A stretch of DNA of 32,000 nt from Aquifex aeolicus VF5 (GTDB taxonomy: Bacteria > Aquificota > Aquificia > Aquificales > Aquificaceae), in contig NC_000918.1 of NCBI RefSeq assembly GCF_000008625.1, forward strand, positions 1,350,001 through 1,382,000, written 5' to 3'. The notes under the pieces are model-generated. The model ran no database searches. It saw nothing but the letters and a program-made list of their open reading frames with translations, and had not been told where the DNA came from. Both the position numbers and the translations under genes were made by a program. Shown one piece after another: positions 20,900 to 27,798 of the stretch (its first letter is position 1; each line of letters starts with the position of its first letter).

Positions 20900-20907
20900 G
20901 CCCTCTT
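20886..20907. terminator. Hairpin spanning the overlapping convergent stop codons of rpoC and the subtilase (possible bidirectional terminator)
   Basis: An 8-bp stem AAGAGGGC / GCCCTCTT with the 6-nt loop TCTTAA. The loop contains the rpoC TAA (20897-20899) and the complement of the subtilase TAA (20896-20898). The minus-strand side is followed by the T-rich run TTTGGGTTCTTTCTTCTC, and the plus-strand side by CCCTTTAAAAA. Confidence 0.4.
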
Positions 20908-22578
20908 CCCTTTAAAAACCTTCTTTAACAGGAGTAAAAGGAACAAGATAAAATAAGAATTTGTCTCTGTGTTACATCCACCGCCTCCACCATTTGAAGT
21001 TTTACTCCTATTTGGAACGTTAGGATTAAAGGAAGTATCCGAGGAGGTAGGAATACTTTCTCCGTAAAGTTTTATGCTTCTTATTAACCCTTCTGAAGTC
21101 TGTATAGTTAATTCTCCCGTATACGTCCCTCCGCTTACGGGACTAAAGGTTATTTGAATACTGCACTCTTCAAAGGGTTTTAAGGCTTTCAGTGTACAGT
21201 TTTTACCGCTAACCTTAAATGCGGAGTTTGAAGTCCTCAAGCCGGTAATAATTAAATCCTTTTTTCCCGTGCTTCTTACCGTAAGACTGAGTGTTTTACT
21301 TTCACCTGAATTCAAAGTCCCGAAATTGAGCTCTCCCGTCGAGAGACACATCTTCTGAGAGCTTTCACCCGAAAGTAGGTTGTTCAAGTTCAGTAGATTA
21401 CAAGTATAACTTTTTCCATCGTAGTCCTTTGAATTTTCTCCCGTAAGAAGTATCTCCCTCTTTATTTCCCGAGGCGAGAGATTTCTGTTTAAAGAGTAAA
21501 GTAGTGCCACAGCACCTGTAACAAAAGGAGCGGATAGAGAAGTTCCTGCACCCAACACTAGGGATTTCTCGCAGGAGTTTGAGTGTTTTCCCGTGTATAG
21601 ACCTAGTATTTCTTCACCGGGAGCAAATAAGTCAACCGTATAGTAACCGTAATTGGAAAAGTAGGCGGGCTTTTTGTACACGTCGTAAGCACCCACACAT
21701 ATCTCGTTGTCCAGGTTGTAGTTGCAGGGGTAAAAATCTATTTCGTCGTTGTTATCCCCGTAATTTCCCGATGCGGTAATGTAAACGCCGTTAAAGTTTG
21801 ATATTTCCTCGTACTGAACTCGGCTAAAAAGGTATTCCCCTCCGTAACTTGCGTTAATCGCTATAACTTTTATACCCTTATCCCTTTCAAGTTTTTTAAT
21901 GTACTCAAAGCACGCAAGTTCTCCCTCAAGCTCTCCAAATCCGGAGGCGTCTAAAAACTTACAGGGAATTATCTTCACTCTCCAAGCTACGCCGGGAATT
22001 AAGAACCCATTGTTGCCAACAGCACCGATTATTCCCGCAATTAACGTCCCGTGTCCGTCGTCATCGTAAGCATCCGGAGCGTTACAACCGGGAGCGTTGG
22101 TATCATAATATCCCCTAGGATAACAGAGTACGTTTACACCGTAGCAGTCGTCAACGTAGCCGTTCCCGTCGTCATCAACACCGTTGTCGCAAACCTCGTC
22201 GGGATTTTTCCAGAGGTTATCCTTCAAATCAGGATGGTTGTAATCCACACCTGTGTCAAAGACCGCAACGTATACTTCTTGACTTCCAACACTCCTGTCC
22301 CAGGCCTCCGGGGCGTCTATCGCTTCAAGATCCCACCTGTAGGAAAAACAGGTATCGTTGGGTAATTTCAAAGCCCTGAGTTTAACGTTTTTCTCAAGGA
22401 TAAAATTCCCGTTAAAGGATTGTTTAAAGAGTGGCCCGTCGGGAAGATCAAGTAAATAAACTTTTTCAGAGATCTTTTTCTTCAGGAAGGTCTTCAGGCT
22501 TTCGGGAAGTTCTCCCTTCAGTAAGTACTCCTCTCCAAAAGAGACTGCCACGAGAAGAAAAAGTATTAACGCTATCAT
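20896..22578 (-). CDS. Secreted subtilisin-like serine protease (peptidase S8) with C-terminal beta-sandwich domain and a sorting-signal-like tail
   Basis: 560 aa with an N-terminal signal peptide (MIALILFLLVAVSFG). The catalytic triad contexts are VAVFDTGVD, HGTLIAGIIGA and GTSLSAPFVTGAVAL, with a Ca-binding-like DDDGNGYVDD. A domain of about 100 aa (LNFGTLNSGESKTLSLTV...CSIQITFSPVSGGTYTGELTI) follows. The tail is [32 protein letters not shown]. Confidence 0.92.
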   Translation of the reverse strand: MIALILFLLVAVSFGEEYLLKGELPESLKTFLKKKISEKVYLLDLPDGPLFKQSFNGNFILEKNVKLRALKLPNDTCFSYRWDLEAIDAPEAWDRSVGSQEVYVAVFDTGVDYNHPDLKDNLWKNPDEVCDNGVDDDGNGYVDDCYGVNVLCYPRGYYDTNAPGCNAPDAYDDDGHGTLIAGIIGAVGNNGFLIPGVAWRVKIIPCKFLDASGFGELEGELACFEYIKKLERDKGIKVIAINASYGGEYLFSRVQYEEISNFNGVYITASGNYGDNNDEIDFYPCNYNLDNEICVGAYDVYKKPAYFSNYGYYTVDLFAPGEEILGLYTGKHSNSCEKSLVLGAGTSLSAPFVTGAVALLYSLNRNLSPREIKREILLTGENSKDYDGKSYTCNLLNLNNLLSGESSQKMCLSTGELNFGTLNSGESKTLSLTVRSTGKKDLIITGLRTSNSAFKVSGKNCTLKALKPFEECSIQITFSPVSGGTYTGELTIQTSEGLIRSIKLYGESIPTSSDTSFNPNVPNRSKTSNGGGGGCNTETNSYFILFLLLLLKKVFKGKRA

Positions 22579-22612
22579 TTTCCATTAGAGTATAAGACTA
22601 AATTAAAGCTTT

Positions 22613-23650
22613 ATGAAGATTTACAGAGCCGGAAAGTTAGACAACCTTCGCTCCATTACCCTGTTCCACGCTATGGCAAGACTCGGGTATGAGGGTTTGA
22701 TAATAACGACACCTGTGGAGACATATGCAAGTGTAGGGTACTTTGATAAAACACAGGAAATACTTGATTTGGAAAAGTGTAAAAAACTGGGAATTCCCGT
22801 AATAAGGAGAGAAGTGGGCGGAGGAGCTGTTTTGCTACACGAAAATCAGGTGTTTTATCAATTAATTCTCAAAAAGAGCAGAGCTCCCTTTAAGGTTATT
22901 GACGCTTACAAGAAGTTCTCTCAACCCGTTATAAACGTTTACAGAAGACTGGGTGTGGAAGTGGAGTACAGACCCATAAACGACCTCGTGGTAAAGAGAA
23001 ACAAGAAAAAGATAAGCGGACAGGGAGCCGCGGACATAGAAGACTCCTTCGTATTCGTAGGCGGGATTCTTCTGAAGTTCAACACAAAACTCATGGCGGA
23101 GATATTCCGGATTCCGGAGGAGAAGTTCAGGGATAAAGTTCACAAGAGCTTAGAGGAAAACGTAACCTGGGTAGAGAGAGAAACGGGAAGACTGCCCTCT
23201 TACGAGGAAGTTGAGGAATTTCTCGTGGAAGAGTTTTCTAAAGTAATTCCCTTTGAAGGAGAGGAACCTGTACCGGAGGAAGCAATAGAACTTGCGGACA
23301 AACTAAAAGAAGAATTCACCTCAGAAGAGGTACTCTTAGAGGATACGGGAAGGAAGCACAGGGCTATAAAGCTGAGGGAAGGGGTGTACTTGAGAACCGC
23401 GGTTCACAAAGCGCAGGGAGGCTTGATCAGAACTGAAGTCTATACGGACGGAGAGGTAATAGAAAGGGTTAAAATTTACGGAGACTTTACCCTTTATCCG
23501 AAGGAAAGCTTAAAGGAACTTGAGGAGAAACTGAAAGGGATAAAGTTTGAACCAGAAGAGATTAAAAAGGTAGCGCACGAGTTTTTACAAAAGGTGGATA
23601 TGCCGGGGGTGAGTGCTGAAGATTTAGTTATCGCCATTTACGGGGACTGA
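22613..23650 (+). CDS. lplA: Lipoate-protein ligase A family protein (catalytic plus C-terminal accessory domain)
   Basis: 345 aa with RREVGGGAVLLHENQVFYQLIL and the lysine-containing KKISGQGAA motif of the LplA/LipB/BirA fold. A C-terminal extension of about 100 aa is present, as in fused LplA-LplB type ligases. Confidence 0.85.
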   Translation: MKIYRAGKLDNLRSITLFHAMARLGYEGLIITTPVETYASVGYFDKTQEILDLEKCKKLGIPVIRREVGGGAVLLHENQVFYQLILKKSRAPFKVIDAYKKFSQPVINVYRRLGVEVEYRPINDLVVKRNKKKISGQGAADIEDSFVFVGGILLKFNTKLMAEIFRIPEEKFRDKVHKSLEENVTWVERETGRLPSYEEVEEFLVEEFSKVIPFEGEEPVPEEAIELADKLKEEFTSEEVLLEDTGRKHRAIKLREGVYLRTAVHKAQGGLIRTEVYTDGEVIERVKIYGDFTLYPKESLKELEEKLKGIKFEPEEIKKVAHEFLQKVDMPGVSAEDLVIAIYGD

Positions 23651-24018
23651 AAGGGTCTTATCTTTATTATCACTCCCTCCTTACCCTTTTCTATCTTCTT
23701 TACCGTGTGCACTTCAAATATTAAGTTGTCATTTTTTATCACACCCGCCTTTTCCATTACGTCCCAGAGGCTCTTTAACATGTTGTCTATATCCCTCTTC
23801 CTCCTGTTCGGGAGTATTAAGGTTATATCAACGGATATCTCATAATCTATTGCATCTCCTTTAAACTGTTCTCTCAGTTCCCATATGGCTCTCGCTTCCC
23901 AGTTTGTAACTCTCGGGGGTTTAAACACCTTCCCTCCCTTCGGTCTTATGTACCTGTTACTTTTGGGTACGGGAAGCTTTGAAAGGTAAAGCTCAATTTC
24001 TTCCATTTCTGATATCAT
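23638..24018 (-). CDS. rusA: Holliday junction resolvase RusA
   Basis: PVPKSNRYIRP resembles the E. coli RusA N-terminus (PWPPSNNRYYR). The acidic catalytic motif NRRKRDIDNMLKSLWDVMEKAGVIKNDNLI is present (two Asp in DID plus a third Asp). I place the start at ATG 24018 (MISEMEE, 126 aa, close to the 120-aa E. coli protein). The track start at 24096 would overlap the rplS start and its SD. Confidence 0.8.
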   Translation of the reverse strand: MISEMEEIELYLSKLPVPKSNRYIRPKGGKVFKPPRVTNWEARAIWELREQFKGDAIDYEISVDITLILPNRRKRDIDNMLKSLWDVMEKAGVIKNDNLIFEVHTVKKIEKGKEGVIIKIRPFQSP

Positions 24019-24063
24019 TTTATGAGATAATTTTATATTCCATTTCTTCTGAGGAGGAGAGAA

Positions 24064-24528
24064 ATGAGCAGTGAATTGCTCAGGAAGATTGAACAAAAAT
24101 ACCTTCCCAAAAAGGAATATCCAGATTTCAGAGTAGGCTACACAGTAAGGGTTTACTACAAAATAAAGGAAGGAGATAAGGAAAGGATTCAGCCCTTTGA
24201 AGGTGTTGTTATAAGAATAAGGGGAAGCGGTGCAGGAAAGACCTTCACAGTAAGAAGGGAGTCCTTTGGAGTAGGGATAGAGAGGACATTCCCCTACTAC
24301 AGTCCCAACATAGAAAAGATAGAGGTTGTGAAGATAGGTAAGGTAAGAAGGGCAAAACTCTACTACCTAAGAGAACTAAAGGGTAAAGAAGCGGAAAGGA
24401 AGATTAAGGAAATCAAGCAGTGGGAATACGAGGCTATGCAAAGGAGAAAGGAAGAGGCGAGAAAGCAAAGGGAAGAAGAACAAAAGCAGGCTCAGGAGCA
24501 GGCTCAAGAACAGGAACAGAATGCTTAA
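24064..24528 (+). CDS. rplS: 50S ribosomal protein L19 (with Lys/Glu/Gln-rich C-terminal extension)
   Basis: 154 aa with the L19 core [35 protein letters not shown]...FTVRR...[21 protein letters not shown], preceded by a GGAGGAG SD. A low-complexity tail of about 40 aa follows the core. Confidence 0.96.
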
Positions 24529-25111
24529 TTACGAATTAGAACTTTGGGAAAAGGGTCTTTTAGTAGCTGGAGTTGACGAAGCGGGGAGAGGTCCACTGGC
24601 CGGGCCCGTCGTCGCCGCTGCTGTCATACTTCCACCCTTCACGGAACCCTTTATAAAGGGCGATTCAAAGAAATTAACCAAGAAAGAAAGGGAAGAGGCT
24701 TATGAGGAGATAAAAAACAAAGCCCTGGCTGTGGGAACGGCAGTTGTGGACAGTGCAGTCATAGACAGGGTGAACATACTCAGGGCCACGAAACTCGCCA
24801 TGAAAAGGGCTCTCAAAGACTTGAAGTACCATTACGATATTGTCATCACAGATTACGTAAAGCTTGAAGGAGAAAACTGCATGCCTCTAGTAAAGGGAGA
24901 TGAGAAAAGTCTAAACTGCGCCTGCGCCTCTATTATCGCAAAGGTTATAAGGGACAAGATTATGGAGATTTATCACAAGATTTATCCGGATTTTAACTTT
25001 GCTTCAAACAAGGGATATCCTTCAAAAACTCACCTGGAAAAGGTGGAGAAGGGAGAGTACACGGAGATACACAGGAAGAGCTTTTCCCCCCTTAAGAAAA
25101 AACTTTTTTAG
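24521..25111 (+). CDS. rnhB: Ribonuclease HII
   Basis: 196 aa with [19 protein letters not shown] (DEDD catalytic motif 1), ITDY.. and [15 protein letters not shown] motifs. The start overlaps the end of rplS by 8 nt. Confidence 0.95.
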
Positions 25112-25881
25112 GAAAATTGTTCAAGTTTTATCTTATGCTGTGTTAAATCAAGGAAGGCATACCTTCCTTCTTCAAACTCTCCGGGATTTACAACTATAGT
25201 GTTACCCACGAGTTCGTGACCTTTGCCTACGTGTCCGACTATCGCAACTTCAGGGTTAAGGGATTTTATTATCGTATTCACAACGGCACTTCCATGGTGT
25301 TTGGGATCCTCGGGTGTCCTGTCTACAAACTCACCTATAGGCGGAGTGTAGAATATTGTTACCAGTCTTCTGGGTTTGAGTTCATTTACGAACTTGAGAA
25401 TGTACTCAACGTACCATCTGGGGTACTTAAGTACAAAGTCCTCTTCAAATTCGTGTTCCGTTAATAAGCCTCCGAAGCCTATAACTTCAAACTCTCCCCT
25501 CCAGCCTGCAAAGCCTTCGTGAAGAACCCTTATGTTAGGGTAAGCGGTTTCAGCCTCGTAAGCTGCTCTCAGGAATATCTTCAAAGGTGCGTCATTCTTC
25601 CCAGGAACTACAAAGGTTTTAACTCCGAGTTCTCCTATTTCCCTGAAGAACTTGTCCAAGGTTTCAATTATGTAGTGTTCATTTTCGTGAATTACCTTCC
25701 TGTTTGGTTCTCTTCTCGCAAGGTGAGCCCTTTCGTACTCCTTTTCCAGAGCTTCGTTTTTAAGTATATTTCCTACAACGACGAGAATATCGGGTTGCTT
25801 TTCGGCTATAACTCCCTTTAACTTGGGGAGTAAGTCAAACCTTTCCTTGAAGTTTTTTATTGCCAGTACTTTTCTTGGCAT
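25108..25881 (-). CDS. Calcineurin-like metallophosphoesterase-fold protein with degenerate metal-binding motifs
   Basis: About 257 aa. The fold-level pattern VLAIKNF...DILVVVGNIL...VVPGKNDAP...HHGS...VGHVGKGH...VVNPGE parallels MPE motifs I-V, but with substitutions at several canonical ligands. I prefer ATG 25881, with GGAGGTG 6 nt upstream, over the track's GTG at 25890, which lies inside that SD. Confidence 0.7.
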   Translation of the reverse strand: MPRKVLAIKNFKERFDLLPKLKGVIAEKQPDILVVVGNILKNEALEKEYERAHLARREPNRKVIHENEHYIIETLDKFFREIGELGVKTFVVPGKNDAPLKIFLRAAYEAETAYPNIRVLHEGFAGWRGEFEVIGFGGLLTEHEFEEDFVLKYPRWYVEYILKFVNELKPRRLVTIFYTPPIGEFVDRTPEDPKHHGSAVVNTIIKSLNPEVAIVGHVGKGHELVGNTIVVNPGEFEEGRYAFLDLTQHKIKLEQFS

Positions 25882-26001
25882 GATTCCCACCTCCTCTAAT
25901 ATTTAATATACCCCACTCAAGAATTTTTATAAAGTTTTTTGTAATGATAAAAAAGCGAAAAAATCCTTTATTTTTGGAATTGCTGGATTTTAAGATAGGA
26001 A

Positions 26002-26079
26002 TGGCGGAGCGGACGGGATTTGAACCCGCGACCTCCGGCTTGACAGGCCGGCGTTCTGACCGGGCTGAACTACCGCTCC
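26002..26079 (-). tRNA. aspT: tRNA-Asp (anticodon GUC)
   Basis: The reverse complement folds as GGAGCGG acceptor stem, anticodon stem-loop CCGGC-CTGTCAA-GCCGG, T-arm GCGGG-TTCAAAT-CCCGT and acceptor CCGCTCC-G-CCA. The CCA is encoded. Confidence 0.93.
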
Positions 26080-26091
26080 AGCCAGTGTAAT

Positions 26092-26120
26092 ATTATATAA
26101 CCTGCGAAAGAAAAATTCAA
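26092..26120 (-). promoter_or_regulatory. Sigma-70-type promoter for tRNA-Asp
   Basis: On the minus strand: TTGAAT (26120-26115), a 17-nt spacer, then TATAAT (26097-26092). The -10 box ends 12 nt upstream of the mature tRNA 5' end. Confidence 0.55.
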
Positions 26121-26131
26121 GAGGGAAGAGT

Positions 26132-27250
26132 TCAGTGGGCGTACCTGAAAGAACTCGGGTTTAGTATATCCGGATAGTGGGTTTCCATTTCGTAATCAAA
26201 CATCTGTTTCCTTATCCTCTTGAGGTCGTTTTTGTTGGGTCTGAAGGGATAGCTCTTTATGTCTGAAACAGAGCAATCTCCGAAGGGCCTGTTGCAAGCG
26301 ACTTCTGTTGTCTTTCCTCTGCACCCGGCGGTCATGAAGGGTCTTCCGCTCCAGAATATTTCTTCAAACACTTCTTTGGAAACTCCCCAGTCTATTATCT
26401 GTCCCTTTTCGTTGAACTTCATGTCCTCGTATCTCGCAAGCCCGTTGTCTATCAAGTATCTTGCCATTTGAACCCTTCTGTACTGTGGTGCAGGACATGG
26501 CTTTTCTTTTTCCATTAATGAACCTTCTTCGGGCCAGAAGGAGAAGAGGTGAGTCCTTCCTCCGAGGTCTCTCACTCTCTGTATAGTTCTTACCATTTCC
26601 TCTTCAGTTTCCCCGAGTCCTACAATCAAGTGAGCTCCTACGTGTCCATCTCCCATAATGTCCGCACACCACTCGAGAACTTTCCAGTAGGTTTCCCACC
26701 TGTGGGGACTGTTCATAGGTCTTCCTCTTAGTTTTTCAAAGAGTTCAGGAGTTGCCGCGTCAAGTGCAACCGTTAGAGTTTCCGCTCCGAGTCTCTTGTA
26801 GTCCTCAAGGTCTTCGTAAGTGTGTCCTGTGGCGTTCAGGAGGATTGATATGAAAATTTTGTCACCGAGTTCTCTGTGAACTTTTTCAAGTATGTACTTT
26901 GTGTCCCTTATAGCCCTCGGGTGGGTTATCTGGGAAATACAGAGTCTCTCTGCGTGTCCCACCTGCTTGGTTCTTTCGATAATTTCGTCCGTTTTTACGG
27001 TAGGCCACTCAACCCTTATGAAGTTCTTTTTAGAGTATTCTATTTCTCTGGCTTTCTGGAGACCGCAGTAAGCACAGGTGGCGTGACAACCTGAAGGATA
27101 GGTGAGAAGCGTGTTTATACAGCTCAGCTTTGTGTCCCTGTAAAACTGTCCGGGAATGAGTCCGAGTGTCATTGCAGCAGCCCAGCTTATCTGCATGTAT
27201 TCGGGGCTTTCCTTTTGCTCGGTCAACTTTTCAAGCACTAATTTGTTCAT
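26132..27250 (-). CDS. Radical SAM enzyme (BioB/LipA-like superfamily, function not assignable from sequence alone)
   Basis: 372 aa with the CxxxCxxC radical-SAM cluster motif GCHATCAYCG near residue 55 and TIM-barrel-like periodicity. A second Cys cluster, CRGKTTEVACNRPFGDC (CX8CX6C), lies near the C-terminus and could bind an auxiliary Fe-S cluster. Confidence 0.85.
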   Translation of the reverse strand: MNKLVLEKLTEQKESPEYMQISWAAAMTLGLIPGQFYRDTKLSCINTLLTYPSGCHATCAYCGLQKAREIEYSKKNFIRVEWPTVKTDEIIERTKQVGHAERLCISQITHPRAIRDTKYILEKVHRELGDKIFISILLNATGHTYEDLEDYKRLGAETLTVALDAATPELFEKLRGRPMNSPHRWETYWKVLEWCADIMGDGHVGAHLIVGLGETEEEMVRTIQRVRDLGGRTHLFSFWPEEGSLMEKEKPCPAPQYRRVQMARYLIDNGLARYEDMKFNEKGQIIDWGVSKEVFEEIFWSGRPFMTAGCRGKTTEVACNRPFGDCSVSDIKSYPFRPNKNDLKRIRKQMFDYEMETHYPDILNPSSFRYAH

Positions 27251-27315
27251 ACCGTCCCTCCTTAGGGCTTTATTAATAACATTCTAAAACTCTTATAAGA
27301 ACTGGAAAATAAGGT

Positions 27316-27798
27316 GTGGTTATAGGACGTAAAGCGGGAATTATAATTTACGTTATGCACGCACTCTTACTTCTTTTACTCTCCTTTACCTTTGCCCTTG
27401 AGCCCTTATCTGAGTGGTGGAGTAAGGCAAAAGAGGTATGCCTGTACGGAAAGTACAAAAACTACGACGGAACACTCAGAGACATAAAGCCCTTCTGTTG
27501 CAAAGTGGAAAGGGTTGAAGTGGAACCTATAAAGGGACTCCTGAAGGGAAAGTTCGGGCTAAAGGAGAGTTTAAAAGTTATCGCCTCGTGCAACGGTGCT
27601 TTTTACGGAGTGATGAGCTACGACGGGACAATTCTCGCGGTAGGTGGCAAGAAGGGAATAGTTAAAGAAACACCTTCTGGCGTTATGGAAGTGGAAGACG
27701 AAAAAACGATCCACTTTGTAGTTTGCAGAAGCGGGGCGAGTCTGGAAGGTTGTTACGGAGAGGTGTTTGCAGAAGGCTACATAATAAAGAAGAAATGA
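27316..27798 (+). CDS. Small secreted/membrane-anchored Cys-containing hypothetical protein
   Basis: The ORF runs from GTG 27316, with an alternative ATG at 27355 giving MHALLLLLLSFTFALEP (signal-peptide-like). The mature part has six Cys. The stop overlaps the thiD start (ATGA). No family is recognised. Confidence 0.6.
   Translation: MVIGRKAGIIIYVMHALLLLLLSFTFALEPLSEWWSKAKEVCLYGKYKNYDGTLRDIKPFCCKVERVEVEPIKGLLKGKFGLKESLKVIASCNGAFYGVMSYDGTILAVGGKKGIVKETPSGVMEVEDEKTIHFVVCRSGASLEGCYGEVFAEGYIIKKK

Noticed and set aside
24019-24096. 26-codon N-terminal extension of the rusA ORF
   Set aside because: It would overlap the rplS start codon and its SD on the opposite strand, and would make RusA about 30 aa longer than characterised homologues. 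An internal ATG at 24018 (or 24006) fits better.
22613-25890. Prophage remnant or genomic island around rusA
   Set aside because: There are no integrase, transposase, phage structural or regulatory genes and no flanking direct repeats. The neighbours are core genes (rplS, rnhB) with overlapping ends.
25981-25990. 10-nt identity (TGCTGGATTT) between CRISPR spacer 4 and DNA upstream of tRNA-Asp, considered as self-targeting
   Set aside because: Several 10-mer matches are expected by chance for four ~37-nt spacers against 64 kb of two-strand sequence. The identity does not extend further.
27251-27354. Searched for a TPP (THI-box) riboswitch upstream of the thiD-containing unit
   Set aside because: No CTGAGA core or flanking conserved helices are present, and the non-coding space is too short for the aptamer.
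27723-27794. 24-codon N-terminal extension of the thiD ORF
   Set aside because: It overlaps the preceding gene out of frame and its sequence (QKRGESGRLLRRGVCRRLHNKEE) is not ThiD-like. ATG 27795 gives a canonical ThiD N-terminus and an ATGA coupling.
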